64,000 bases of DNA from Bacteroidia bacterium (GTDB lineage Bacteria > Bacteroidota > Bacteroidia > 2-12-FULL-35-15), in contig JBDTFR010000105.1 of the NCBI GenBank assembly GCA_039937835.1, positions 28,036 to 92,035 on the forward strand. The letters are read 5' to 3'. Below are positions 29,341-39,876 of the stretch, piece after piece (positions within the stretch are counted from its first letter, which is position 1; the number at the start of each line of letters is the position of its first letter). The notes below the pieces were generated by a model. That model saw nothing but the letters and a program-made list of their open reading frames with translations, ran no database searches and was not told where the DNA came from. The translations under genes were made by a program, and so were the position numbers.

Positions 29341-29784
29341 GTTTATTTACCAAAAATAGTAGAGCTTTAACTGCTAAAGGCTTAAAGATTTTGTGCCTTT
29401 TCTGCAATTAATGGCAACAATTTTTTATTAAAATTGCCATTTTGTAATAGTGTTGTGTTTCAAATTTATTTAAACGAACTTTCAGCGTAAGACTCAAATG
29501 AATTTGAGATTATCGTACTAAATAATGGAGTTTTTCACAAATTAAAAAGCGTTAAAAATACTCAAAATATATCTCTTGTCTTTTTACCACTCTATTGTGC
29601 TGAATTAAACCCCGCAGAAAGAATGCGGTAAATAGTAAAAGCAAATTTTACGAACTGTCTATTCAAAAATTTAGAACCGCTGTCAAACTTTAGTAAAAGT
29701 CAAGTAAATCTATCAACAGAAAAGGCGATTATTTATGCTTTTTCACATTCTTATATTTTTGAATATATAAATTGGACTAGTTAA
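29341..29784 (+). mobile_element. Decayed IS630/Tc1-mariner-family transposase gene remnant (pseudogene) inside a 1.25-kb ORF-free region
   Basis: Three-frame reading of the + strand gives collinear fragments broken by stops and shifts. They are ...GLFTKNSRALTAKGLK..., ...EFEIIVLNNGVFHK..., ...LVFLPLYCAELNPAERMR* and then KANFTNCLFKNLEPL...EKAIIYAFSH... These match the IS630 DDE-domain consensus (iVlDNasiHk ... fLPPYSPeLNPIE..W ... le.l). No intact ORF and no clear terminal inverted repeats were found. Confidence 0.55.
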
Positions 29785-29965
29785 TAGCTGTATTGGGTAC
29801 TAATGCAATCTAATGCTTGTATTTTCTAAAAACAGGTTAATTTTTTTTTATTTTTTATTAAGTTATTCTTATTAAAAATGATAAAAGGCTTCCGAAAAAT
29901 CGAAAACTTTTTAACATATTATTTCTTAATTATATAAATAAAAATAATTATTCTAACCTATCTAA

Positions 29966-30718
29966 TTATAATGTTTTTAATCGCTTAGAAAGTTCTTCTT
30001 TGTAGGAACCACCAATAGGAATTAATTTTTTGTCTTCCTCTAGAAGCAAATTAGGTTGCTCAATGGCAATTATTTTATCAATTCTAACAATGAAAGAACG
30101 GTGTACACGAATAAATTCATTCGGAGGTAATTTCTTTTCAATATCCTTCATAGTTGAATGAATCGTGTAGCGCGCATTGTTAGTATTAATTACTACATAA
30201 TCTTTAAGCGCTTCTACAAAATAAATATCGCTCGTTTTTACTTTTACCAAGCGAGAGTTTGATTTTACAAAAAGAATTCCTTTTGTTTCTTTATTTTCTA
30301 AAACTGAATACAAAAAGTCACGTTCCTTTCTAACAACACTCTCCTTACTATGCTTGTACATTGCCATTTCTATGGAAGTATGCAAATCAATTTCTTTAAA
30401 AGGCTTAATAATATACCCGTAAGGCTCCGATACTTTAGCTTTGTTTAAGGTACTTTCATCCGCATAAGCGGTAAGATAAATAATAGGAATGTTAAACTTT
30501 TCTCGAATTTGAGTCGCAGCATCAATTCCGCTCATTTCACTCTTTAACATAATGTCCATCAAAATTAGATCGGGTTTCAACTCCTCTGTTTTTTTAATGG
30601 CATCTTCTCCTGTTGCGCAAACTCCAACGACTTCATATCCTAGTTTTTTTAAACTATTTTGAATGTCTTTAGCAACGATACTTTCATCCTCAACGACTAA
30701 AATGTTTGTTTTTGCCAT
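29966..30718 (-). CDS. LytTR-family two-component response regulator
   Basis: The REC domain (ILVVEDESIVA...LKPDLILMDIML with the phospho-Asp) is followed by a LytTR DNA-binding domain (VKVKTSDIYFVEALKDYVVINT...FIRVHRSFIV). Confidence 0.85.
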   Translation of the reverse strand: MAKTNILVVEDESIVAKDIQNSLKKLGYEVVGVCATGEDAIKKTEELKPDLILMDIMLKSEMSGIDAATQIREKFNIPIIYLTAYADESTLNKAKVSEPYGYIIKPFKEIDLHTSIEMAMYKHSKESVVRKERDFLYSVLENKETKGILFVKSNSRLVKVKTSDIYFVEALKDYVVINTNNARYTIHSTMKDIEKKLPPNEFIRVHRSFIVRIDKIIAIEQPNLLLEEDKKLIPIGGSYKEELSKRLKTL

Positions 30719-30721
30719 GTG

Positions 30722-33700
30722 TTATATCCTATTTTTAACTTGGTTTTGTTTAAAGGCTATATTAAATTCAACTCCTGTTTTATTGTTTAACGCTATGGTT
30801 CCATTCAATTGATCTACCAATGTTACCACTAATTGCAAACCTAATGATTCTGTATTTCTATAGCTTATATGCTCTGGTATACCTTTACCATTATCTTTTA
30901 TTTGCAGATAAACGAATTCATCTTTCAAATCCATTTTTACATTTATAGTTGCATCTGTTTGGGTATCTACAAATGCATATTTCAACGCATTTGTTATTAT
31001 TTCATTTATAATTAAACCGCATGGAATAGCAAGGTCTAAGTTAAGAAAAACATTTTGAATTTCAAGATTTAATTTTATTTCATAATCTAGCCTAGAGTAA
31101 GAATGGATTAAATTTCTGGTAAGATTAACAATATACTCCGAAAAATTAATATTGGTAAAATCTTTCGTTTGATATAAGCTTTCATGTATAAAAGCCATCG
31201 ACTTTATACGATCTTGGCTTTCTTTTAATATGGTTAACGTTGCCTGATCTTTTACGTAGCTTGATTGTAGGTTTAATATACTGGATATTACTTGGAGATT
31301 ATTTTTTACACGATGGTGCACTTCTTTTAATAAAACTTCTTTTTCGTTCAAAGAACTACGGATTTTCTCATTGGCTAGCTTTTTTTCAGTAATATCTAAA
31401 CCTATACCCGCAACCTCTAATAATTTGCCTTTTTCATCAAAAATAGGATTTAAAAAAATTTCTCTCCAAACAATATTGTTTTGCTTATCTATCATTTTAG
31501 TTTCAAAATATTGCGCTTCTCCCCTTAAAACAGCTTCATATTTTTTGAGCCAGTAGTTATTGTACTCCTCTGTTAAAACTAGCTTTACTGAAACGGCAGA
31601 AAGCCCCACAGCTGCTTTAACATTATAATGTTTCATTAAATCTAAAACATAGTTTTTATTGAACGAGGTAAGGCACATTTGCCGGTCGGTAGTCCAAATA
31701 ATATGCGAACTGTTTTCAATAATTGCATCGTGTCTAGCTGCTTGTGCTTGTTTATCTTGTTCTAGTTTCTTTTGTTCGGTAATGTTTTGAAGTATCGCGA
31801 TAAAATGGGATGGGTTACCATTTACATCTCTCACTAATGATAGAGTTGCATTGGCATTGACTACATGTCCTTTTTTATGAAAAAAGTTCTTCTCGAAACT
31901 TATTTTCTTAATATCACCATTGATTAATTTCTCCATGTAATTAGATAGCCTTGGAGTTTCTTTTATAATAATTTCATCCCAAGATTTATGGCATAACTCT
32001 TCTTTTGAATAGCCCAGCATTTTACATATTTGATCATTTACTTGCATAAATTTTCCACCAAGGCGTAATTGGGCAATACCAATGAAAACTTGATTATAAA
32101 TAGCTCGATAGTGCTCTTCGCTTTCACGCAGTTCTTCTTCTGCCTTTTTAATTTCAGAAATGTCTCTTGAAACCCACATGGCGCCCACTACCACACTCTT
32201 TTCATTTTTTAATACAGATGACGATAGATAAGCAATGAATTTTTCACCATTTTTTTTAATATTTGTTACTTCTCCTGCAAATTTTTCTTTAGCATATAAT
32301 TCATTAAGTTGTAGCGTAAACTCAGCATTAGGATAAAGAATTTCTACTGGTTTACCAATAATTTCAGATAACTCATAACCAAATATCTTTTGAGCAGCAG
32401 TATTAAATTCGATTATATTCCCTTTTTTATCAAAAGCACAAATCATGTCTAAAGAACTATCAATTAACAATCGTGTATACTTTTGGGTTTCCTTTAATTG
32501 ACGTTCAGTTTCTTTACGATCTGAAATTTCTTGTTGAAGTTTACTATTTGTTTCCTCTGCAAGCTGGGCTCTTAACTGCTCTTTAATTAATTGTTTTTTT
32601 GCGGTATTATCTTGTAGTAAAACCTGTATGGCATTATCGCCATTATAAGTGATGGAGGCGAAACTTATTTCAAATTCTTTTACATTAAATTTTAACGTTT
32701 TTACTTTTATTTCTGTAGTAGGAAATACTTTTATTTTATGAATATGATTTATCTGTTCGGTAATTTGTTTTTTATATTCAGGTAATATAAAGTGGTATAA
32801 GGAGGTTAAATAGATATTATCAAACGTTTGCGTCTCCAGTAATTTTAACGCGCTTGAATTAGCAAACTGCAACTCATCTCTTTTATATATTAAAATACCA
32901 ATAGGAGAACTATCTATTAAATTTTTATAATTTTCTCGGCTTTGCTCTAATTGCAATTCATATTGTTTACGCTCGGTGATATCGTAAATTACCGTAGCAT
33001 TTATGGTTCTTCCAAAATAAGGAATTATTTGGGTTTTGGCTTCTACGGTAAGAATTTTTCCATTTTTTGTTTTCGTTTGAATTTCTAAAGATTGTGATTT
33101 TCTAGAACGAAAAAACTTGCGAACGGCGTGATGTTCTTTTTCTAATACAAAATCTACTAATAAATGTTTACCTATTAATTCTTGTACGTTCGAATACTCA
33201 AACATTTTTATTGCCTGATCATTTACATCTATCAGCCTTCCATTTTCACTAAATACAATTCCTTCAAAAGTTGCATTTGACAATAGTCTAAAACGCTTTT
33301 CACTGTCTTTTAATGCTTTTTCAGCAATTAACTTCTTTGTAATATCCTCTCCCGAACTTAAAATAGAGGTAATGTTATTTTTATTATCTCTTATAAGTGC
33401 TCCCTTCCATGATATTATACGTATTTCACCCTTTTTAGAAAGTATTTCACCCGTATAAATATCTTGTGTGTGCTTATCTGCTATTGAATTTAAAAACCAC
33501 TCTCTTCTAATTTTTCTTACTTCTTTAGGAACAAAATTATCGAACCAGTTTTTACCAATAATTTCACTTTCTTTATACCCTAAAAGTTTGCATCCCATTT
33601 TGTTAATAAGGGCAACGGTTTGGTCGCGATTAAATACAATTAATACCACATTCGCTACATCTAAATAATTTTGAGCTTTTAATGTTTGTTGATTAAGTTG

Positions 33701-34930
33701 CTGTTCATGTTCAATCTGATTAGTAACCTCTCTAATAAGACCAAAATTACCAACGTAATTGCCACTGTTATCTAATTGTGGAGCAATTCTTTCTTCGATG
33801 TGGATATACTTCTTTTTTTTCGGATGAAAAAAACGATAAATAGCTTGATGACTTTTTTGTGTTTTTTTTAAAATTTTATTGTTCTTACTAAATTTCGTTA
33901 AGTCTTGAGGATGTACCCATTTTAACAGGTTATTCTCTTCATATTCTTTTTGCGTAATGCCTAGTATGTTTTCAATTTGTTTTCCAACGAATTTTATACG
34001 TTTTTTATTTTTGGGTAAAAACTCAATAAAATAAACCAATTCATTAATATTATTTAATACTTGAGTAAGATTATTTTGTGATTCGGTAATAACTTGTTCA
34101 ACATTTTTACGATAGGTAATGTCATTTAATATGGATTGTATTACTTGTTGTCCATTATAATTAACAAGGCTTGATTTTACTTCTATAAAAATGATTTTAC
34201 CAGACGATAATTTCAGTTTGAATTCAAACGGTGGTAATTTATCACCATTTAAAATTTTAGCGGTTCTTTCTTTAATGATGGAACGGTATTCTGGCAGTAT
34301 ATAGCTGAAAATATCTGTGTTTTTCGTTTTATTTTTTCCCTTATTAATCAGCTGTAATAATTGATAAGTCGCTTTGTTGGCGTATACGATTTTAAAATCA
34401 GAATATATAATTACAGGGCTCGGCATTTCCTCTAAAAAATGCTTGTAAAGCTGTTCACTTGGTATTAAATCATCTTCAATTTTATTCTTATGGATTATAT
34501 CTACACCTTCTAAAAGTGCTGCTACAACTGATTTGTCTTTTAGTATGGGTGTTAATTTATTTTTGTAGGGTATTAAATTGCCATTTTTATCTGTTTGATT
34601 TATTTTAAAATCAATTCGTTTTTTTTCTTTAAATACTTTACCTATTGCTTCTTTTACTGCCTTTTGCGTAGGTTTATTAATGTATTTTAAAATAGATGTT
34701 CCTACTACGTCTTTTTTTTTATATCTTTTAGAAGTAGTATTAATATCCAAAATAACACCAACTTTATTTAATACTAAAATAAAGTTGGAGCTATTTTTCA
34801 AGTAGGAATCCCAGATGGGCTTTGCAGATTGTTTTCCTATTAATTGTTTTTTATTAAGCTGCTTTATTTCTTGCTGCAGTTTTTGTATTTCAGCAATAAG
34901 TACTGCTTTTGATTTAGAAATTGCTTGCAT
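30722..34930 (-). CDS. Cytoplasmic multi-PAS/PAC sensor histidine kinase (HisKA_2-type, 1402 aa)
   Basis: An N-terminal coiled coil is followed by about eight PAS/PAC modules. The C-terminal H-box EVHHRVKNNLQVISSILNLQSS (HisKA_2/SignalP-type) precedes an HATPase_c (NEIITNALKYAF...DNGKG). No TM segment is present. The stop is 3 nt before the regulator start. Confidence 0.85.
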   Translation of the reverse strand: MQAISKSKAVLIAEIQKLQQEIKQLNKKQLIGKQSAKPIWDSYLKNSSNFILVLNKVGVILDINTTSKRYKKKDVVGTSILKYINKPTQKAVKEAIGKVFKEKKRIDFKINQTDKNGNLIPYKNKLTPILKDKSVVAALLEGVDIIHKNKIEDDLIPSEQLYKHFLEEMPSPVIIYSDFKIVYANKATYQLLQLINKGKNKTKNTDIFSYILPEYRSIIKERTAKILNGDKLPPFEFKLKLSSGKIIFIEVKSSLVNYNGQQVIQSILNDITYRKNVEQVITESQNNLTQVLNNINELVYFIEFLPKNKKRIKFVGKQIENILGITQKEYEENNLLKWVHPQDLTKFSKNNKILKKTQKSHQAIYRFFHPKKKKYIHIEERIAPQLDNSGNYVGNFGLIREVTNQIEHEQQLNQQTLKAQNYLDVANVVLIVFNRDQTVALINKMGCKLLGYKESEIIGKNWFDNFVPKEVRKIRREWFLNSIADKHTQDIYTGEILSKKGEIRIISWKGALIRDNKNNITSILSSGEDITKKLIAEKALKDSEKRFRLLSNATFEGIVFSENGRLIDVNDQAIKMFEYSNVQELIGKHLLVDFVLEKEHHAVRKFFRSRKSQSLEIQTKTKNGKILTVEAKTQIIPYFGRTINATVIYDITERKQYELQLEQSRENYKNLIDSSPIGILIYKRDELQFANSSALKLLETQTFDNIYLTSLYHFILPEYKKQITEQINHIHKIKVFPTTEIKVKTLKFNVKEFEISFASITYNGDNAIQVLLQDNTAKKQLIKEQLRAQLAEETNSKLQQEISDRKETERQLKETQKYTRLLIDSSLDMICAFDKKGNIIEFNTAAQKIFGYELSEIIGKPVEILYPNAEFTLQLNELYAKEKFAGEVTNIKKNGEKFIAYLSSSVLKNEKSVVVGAMWVSRDISEIKKAEEELRESEEHYRAIYNQVFIGIAQLRLGGKFMQVNDQICKMLGYSKEELCHKSWDEIIIKETPRLSNYMEKLINGDIKKISFEKNFFHKKGHVVNANATLSLVRDVNGNPSHFIAILQNITEQKKLEQDKQAQAARHDAIIENSSHIIWTTDRQMCLTSFNKNYVLDLMKHYNVKAAVGLSAVSVKLVLTEEYNNYWLKKYEAVLRGEAQYFETKMIDKQNNIVWREIFLNPIFDEKGKLLEVAGIGLDITEKKLANEKIRSSLNEKEVLLKEVHHRVKNNLQVISSILNLQSSYVKDQATLTILKESQDRIKSMAFIHESLYQTKDFTNINFSEYIVNLTRNLIHSYSRLDYEIKLNLEIQNVFLNLDLAIPCGLIINEIITNALKYAFVDTQTDATINVKMDLKDEFVYLQIKDNGKGIPEHISYRNTESLGLQLVVTLVDQLNGTIALNNKTGVEFNIAFKQNQVKNRI

Positions 34931-35139
34931 AGAGCCGTAGAAATTTTAACTAATTTAGAGCCTGTTTAAAATTTATTTAAAATGTTTGTTATGCATCTTT
35001 TTGTGCCATACTTCGTGACTTTTTTTGTCCTTAGAGGGTTGCTATGGCCTTCAAAAAGTGTCTCGTCTGGCTAAAAAACACATCATAACATTCCAAATAA
35101 ATAAAATTTAAATAGGCTCTATGACTCGTTTAGGTATTC

Positions 35140-36708
35140 TTAAGAAGGAGAGGATTCGGGAACTACTTTTATTCCGTCAAATTTTATTTCAATATCATTT
35201 TTGAATAAAATAGTTAGCATTAAAAATCCATCTTCATCATAAAAATACCAATACCCTTCTTTAAATCCGCCCACATATTTACCTGTTTGTTTTTCTCTAC
35301 CATTTGGATAATAGAAAATTTGCATTCCATCCGGTACACCATCAATAAATTTACCTACAAAACGAAGTTTATTATTAGAGGCGTAGTAATGTTTCCATTC
35401 TCCAGTACGTTTACCCGCTTGGTAGCTTCCTTCTTCCCTATAATCGGGTAGTTCTAATACCCATGCACCTTCTTTTAATCCATCAATGTATTCGCCTTTT
35501 GTAATTATTTTTCCATCTTCATTATATTCGGTCATTATACCATCCTCTAAATCATTCCTGTAGTTTTCTTCTCGTAAAATTTTTGCATCGTCGTAATACC
35601 ACTTCCAAGGCCCTTGTGCTTGCCCCTTTTTATCATATTTACCAGTTTGTTCTATGTTTTTGTTGGGATAATAAAAAACCCATGAACCAATTCGTTTACC
35701 GTTTAAATATTCCCCTTCTGATTTTAATTCTCCCGTTAAGTGGTACTCTTTCCATGGGCCTTGCTTACGACCAGCAGTATCCAAAATACCTTCTCCCGTT
35801 AACAATCCTTCTGAAAATATTTTTGCACCGATCACTGTTCCTTCGGGTGAAAACTGACGTTGAATGCCCTCCTCAACTCCATCTTTATAAGTCGCAGTAT
35901 ATTTTATTGCGCCATTATCGTAGTATGCATTTTTTACATCTAATTTAGCAAGTTCTGGTGCATTTTTTTGAATAACACCATTTATATATTTAGTGGTATT
36001 TAACAAACTACCGTTAGCTGAATATTCTTTAAAATACCCATTCATTTTATCATCGGTAAAATTAACTTCATTTTTAACTACTCCTGATGGATAAAAATTT
36101 TTCCACATACCTTGTTTTAAGCCTTTTTCATCTTTTCTATTTATTCTTTCATCTTTCTCTACAAACCCCATTTTATATTGCGTAATAGTAATTATTGTAC
36201 TATCTTCACTGTATTCATAACCCACGCCTTCTTCTCTTCCGTTAACAAACGGAATGGTTTGTTTTAATTTACCATCTTTATAAAAGATAGAAGTGTTTTT
36301 TTCTTTAATATCGTTGATGTAATTTTCTGATTGTATTAAATACCCTTCTTTCGTATTATAAGTATTTTTTAATCCATTTTTTTTACCTCCTAAGTAATTG
36401 AATTCAAAAGCAATTTTACCTTGATCCGTATAAAACTTCCAAAGGCTATCTAATTCAAAATTCTTTCGATTTCCCTCTGATTTTAAGATTCCATTTTTAG
36501 AGTAGGTTTTCCAGTATCCATCAGGCTTACTATCACGCATAAAACCTTCACTAGAAACCTTTCCATTATCGTAATAATATTTTTGATATCCGTTAAGGAG
36601 AACGGAATCTTTTTGAGCAATAAGACCCAAGGGAATAAAGCACAATATTATTTTTAATAGTTTATACATTTGATATTTTAAAGGGATACAAACATACGCA
36701 TTTTGCAA
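35140..36708 (-). CDS. MORN-repeat (YwqK-like) lipoprotein
   Basis: It has more than 15 repeats of the G.WK.YY.NGKL.SEG.Y.NGKK.G.W type. A signal peptide (...LKIILCFIPLGLIAQKD) suggests the true start is at the internal Met (about 36669). Confidence 0.65.
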   Translation of the reverse strand: MQNAYVCIPLKYQMYKLLKIILCFIPLGLIAQKDSVLLNGYQKYYYDNGKVSSEGFMRDSKPDGYWKTYSKNGILKSEGNRKNFELDSLWKFYTDQGKIAFEFNYLGGKKNGLKNTYNTKEGYLIQSENYINDIKEKNTSIFYKDGKLKQTIPFVNGREEGVGYEYSEDSTIITITQYKMGFVEKDERINRKDEKGLKQGMWKNFYPSGVVKNEVNFTDDKMNGYFKEYSANGSLLNTTKYINGVIQKNAPELAKLDVKNAYYDNGAIKYTATYKDGVEEGIQRQFSPEGTVIGAKIFSEGLLTGEGILDTAGRKQGPWKEYHLTGELKSEGEYLNGKRIGSWVFYYPNKNIEQTGKYDKKGQAQGPWKWYYDDAKILREENYRNDLEDGIMTEYNEDGKIITKGEYIDGLKEGAWVLELPDYREEGSYQAGKRTGEWKHYYASNNKLRFVGKFIDGVPDGMQIFYYPNGREKQTGKYVGGFKEGYWYFYDEDGFLMLTILFKNDIEIKFDGIKVVPESSPS

Positions 36709-36752
36709 TAGTTTGACAACCGTATTAATACGATAATTATTCGTTTTCTTCC

Positions 36753-38771
36753 TTATTTATTCGCCGAAAAGGTGGCAATGGCAATAATTTGTATTTTACG
36801 TTCTAGTGCAGCGGCTGGACTATAAACGGAATTTTTGGTATCGTAATAATCATCGCTTACGTTGGCACGTGCTTTTAATTCACCAATTTCTTCATCTATA
36901 AAGGTAATGCTGCCTTCCTCGGTATTTGTATTATTTATGTAATTTGAAAAAATTCCATTATTATATTCGCTGAAATAATTACGAAGACTAACAATTCTTC
37001 GTTTTGCTAAATTGATGTTGTATTCAGTAGAGGCCAATGGGCTACAAAATCCTTTGATAGTAATTGTTACCTTTTCTTTCTCTTTCATTACTTTTAATAG
37101 TAATTGTGTAAATTTATCGAGGTCTTGCATTCCTGCGCTTACGCTATCATCGAATAAAATATCAATATCATTATAGGCATGTTCTATCTCTTCTTTATTT
37201 GCTCCTTTCGCGTACTCCTTTTTATATTGCTCACGCATGGCAATATAATCTTCGTAGGTCTGTTTATAATTTTTTTTAGTGGTAATCGCCATGGTTTTTT
37301 TATCAGGCTCATCATTATGAAAGTAAAGAGTAAGCGGTACTAGTAATCTCATTTGCTGTACCAATAACTGCGCGCTATCTAGTTGTTTTGGTGGAACAAT
37401 TATTTTAGGAGTTTTAAACATGTAAATATCATTACAACAACTTTCTTTTTCTTCAAAATATGAACCTATACGGTTGGATGATAAATAGGCTTCTGATTTA
37501 ATTGAATTGATGGAAAAATAAATATCGTTATAACTAGTATTGATAGGGCTACCTAAATTCTTAGGTTCTGAAAAAATGCCATTTTTATAGTCGCTTTTAA
37601 AAATATCAAACCCACCTAAGCCTTTATGCCAAGTAGAACTAAAAAATAATTGTTCACAAGAAGTACAATAAAATGGAGTAATTTCATCTTCTATAGAATT
37701 TATTTTTTTACCAGCATTTATAGCTTTTCCATACGTTTTATCAGAATTTATGGTACTATACCAAATATCCATATTTCCCTCGCCACCTGGCCTGTTAGAT
37801 GCAAAAAACAATACTGTTTCATTGTTTAAAGTGCCAACTGCCGGTTGGGTATTGTTAGCTTCTGCATTATTTATTTCTGATGGTAGCTTTTTAAAGGGCT
37901 GCCAATTACCGTTTAGATAATCCGATGAATAAATTTCGCAGACGAATTCTTGAGCATTTTTTTGTTTACAACGTGTAATATAAGCGGTGGTGTAGTCGGC
38001 ATTAAAAGCGGTGTTGGCATTGTGTATACCAGGTGCATTAAAAGTGGTATCTAACTCTTTTGCTGTTTCCCATTTTAAGCTATCGTGTATGGAAGTGTAT
38101 ATTTTATTATAATTAATGGGGTGCTTTTTATCTCGATCTTTTGAATTGCGTAAGGATGAAAAATATAAAATGCTATCTTTTAGAATGGGGGCATATTCTG
38201 ATACTTTACTATTTACGGTAGTATCTAAATGAATGATGATAATTGTTTTATCAGCATTAACTAACAATAATTGTGCATAATCACACGCGGCTAATTCTTG
38301 TATTGCTTTCTTAACAAAGTAGTCATCTTTTTTCTTTTTATTTTTTTTAGCATACTTGTCAAAATATTTTTTTGCTTCTTTATATTTTCCTTTATTTTTT
38401 TTTATGGTGGCTAACCAAAACATACACTCTGGATATAATTTTCCTTGTGGATCTTTTTTATATACTTTGTTATACCAATGGTCAGCAATGTCAACATCAA
38501 AATTTAATCGGCTTGCTTCTGCATATTTATATTGTATAGCAGGAGTTATTGAATCTATTAAAATGGCTTTGTTATAATAGATGGATGCACTAAAAAAATC
38601 ATTTTCGCTAAATGCTTTATCACCATCAGTAATAAGGGTTTTTAATTTTTGTGCCTGTAAAGGGTTGCTAAGAAAAATAAATTGCAAAATCAGGATAAAA
38701 TAAAAAAAAAGAGGAGAGGGCTTACTTTTTTTTCTACTTGTATTTCTATTTATAAATTGTGTTTTAACCAT
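36753..38771 (-). CDS. OmpA-family protein with TPR-like and TolB-like beta-propeller regions and a C-terminal OmpA peptidoglycan-binding domain
   Basis: The C-terminus reads ITIKGFCSPLASTEYNINLAKRRIVSLRNYF (OmpA_C). A signal peptide follows the internal Met (MVKTQF...). I set the start at 38771, 2 nt after the PorP stop, rather than at 38807. Confidence 0.7.
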   Translation of the reverse strand: MVKTQFINRNTSRKKSKPSPLFFYFILILQFIFLSNPLQAQKLKTLITDGDKAFSENDFFSASIYYNKAILIDSITPAIQYKYAEASRLNFDVDIADHWYNKVYKKDPQGKLYPECMFWLATIKKNKGKYKEAKKYFDKYAKKNKKKKDDYFVKKAIQELAACDYAQLLLVNADKTIIIIHLDTTVNSKVSEYAPILKDSILYFSSLRNSKDRDKKHPINYNKIYTSIHDSLKWETAKELDTTFNAPGIHNANTAFNADYTTAYITRCKQKNAQEFVCEIYSSDYLNGNWQPFKKLPSEINNAEANNTQPAVGTLNNETVLFFASNRPGGEGNMDIWYSTINSDKTYGKAINAGKKINSIEDEITPFYCTSCEQLFFSSTWHKGLGGFDIFKSDYKNGIFSEPKNLGSPINTSYNDIYFSINSIKSEAYLSSNRIGSYFEEKESCCNDIYMFKTPKIIVPPKQLDSAQLLVQQMRLLVPLTLYFHNDEPDKKTMAITTKKNYKQTYEDYIAMREQYKKEYAKGANKEEIEHAYNDIDILFDDSVSAGMQDLDKFTQLLLKVMKEKEKVTITIKGFCSPLASTEYNINLAKRRIVSLRNYFSEYNNGIFSNYINNTNTEEGSITFIDEEIGELKARANVSDDYYDTKNSVYSPAAALERKIQIIAIATFSANK

Positions 38772-38772
38772 A

Positions 38773-39876
38773 TTACATATAGATTGGACAAACCCGTTTT
38801 TTAGCAATAAATGGCTTTAATTTTTTAAAAATGTAAATAACTGATAATTCAAATCCTCCTCTTCGATTGGTGGCTTCAAGTAGTTTAGAGGTATTAGCAT
38901 CATAGCTTATGCCGAATATAAAATTTTGATAGTCCATATTTGCCACCATAAAAAATGCATCTTTATAACGATAAAATGCACCTAAGGAAATTGCTGCTGG
39001 ATGACCATTTATTTGCATTAAATAATATTTAAGAAAAGCACCTAAAACTGCTTCATTATAACGCCCTTGTCGTTGATATAAAAAACTAGGTAAAACATCT
39101 AATTGGGTAGCAATAGCGAATTGCGCTATCGCAGTAATGGTTGTTTTAATATCTAATTTCGTTTCATTATTAAAAAACGATTGTTTGGGTTGGTTCATGT
39201 GAAAAAGTGAAGCGCCAATATTTAGTTGTGTTCGTTCATTTTTTCTCCAAAGATAGACCAACCCAGCCCCTAAATCAAAATAAGTAATTTTTGTATTATT
39301 AAAATTTTCTAGGTTACTTAAAGATGCATTGTATTGGTCGCCGTCAAATTGGCTATCAAATGATAATTTATTAACGTTAAATTTTTTTGTGGAAATGCCT
39401 GGCTGTATTCCAATAGAAAGAAAATTAGTGGAATCTGCTGTTAATTGTTTTATATAAGCGGCCGATAAAAATACCTGTGCTGTTGTAAACCTAGAATCAC
39501 CAGATTGATCAGAATTTATAATTAATCCAGCAGCAGGTACATCGTTTTTTAAATTTGTTTTTATACGAGTATCGCTGGCCATAGAAAAAGTTTTATACGG
39601 AACAGGAATGGCTGACCATTGGCTACGATAATTTCCAACAAAGCGCCAGTCGCCATTAAATATACCTGTTTGCGCAGGATTTAAATTCTGTGGTGATGAA
39701 TTAAATTGAGAATAATGTATATCTTGAGAGAATAACATAGTGGGTAAAAAAAATAGAATAAGTAATATCTTAAAAATACCACGAATAGGGGTATAATTAA
39801 TTTTAAACAGCCTCCTATTATCTCTTTGAAAAGTAAAGAGAAAGCAGCATTGTTTGATATGATCTTTAGTCATCAT
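38773..39876 (-). CDS. Type IX secretion system membrane protein, PorP/SprF family
   Basis: Contains QDIHYSQFNSSPQNLNPAQTG...NYRSQW, the PorP/SprF signature. The start overlaps the stop of the upstream cargo gene (ATGA). Confidence 0.8.
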   Translation of the reverse strand: MMTKDHIKQCCFLFTFQRDNRRLFKINYTPIRGIFKILLILFFLPTMLFSQDIHYSQFNSSPQNLNPAQTGIFNGDWRFVGNYRSQWSAIPVPYKTFSMASDTRIKTNLKNDVPAAGLIINSDQSGDSRFTTAQVFLSAAYIKQLTADSTNFLSIGIQPGISTKKFNVNKLSFDSQFDGDQYNASLSNLENFNNTKITYFDLGAGLVYLWRKNERTQLNIGASLFHMNQPKQSFFNNETKLDIKTTITAIAQFAIATQLDVLPSFLYQRQGRYNEAVLGAFLKYYLMQINGHPAAISLGAFYRYKDAFFMVANMDYQNFIFGISYDANTSKLLEATNRRGGFELSVIYIFKKLKPFIAKKRVCPIYM

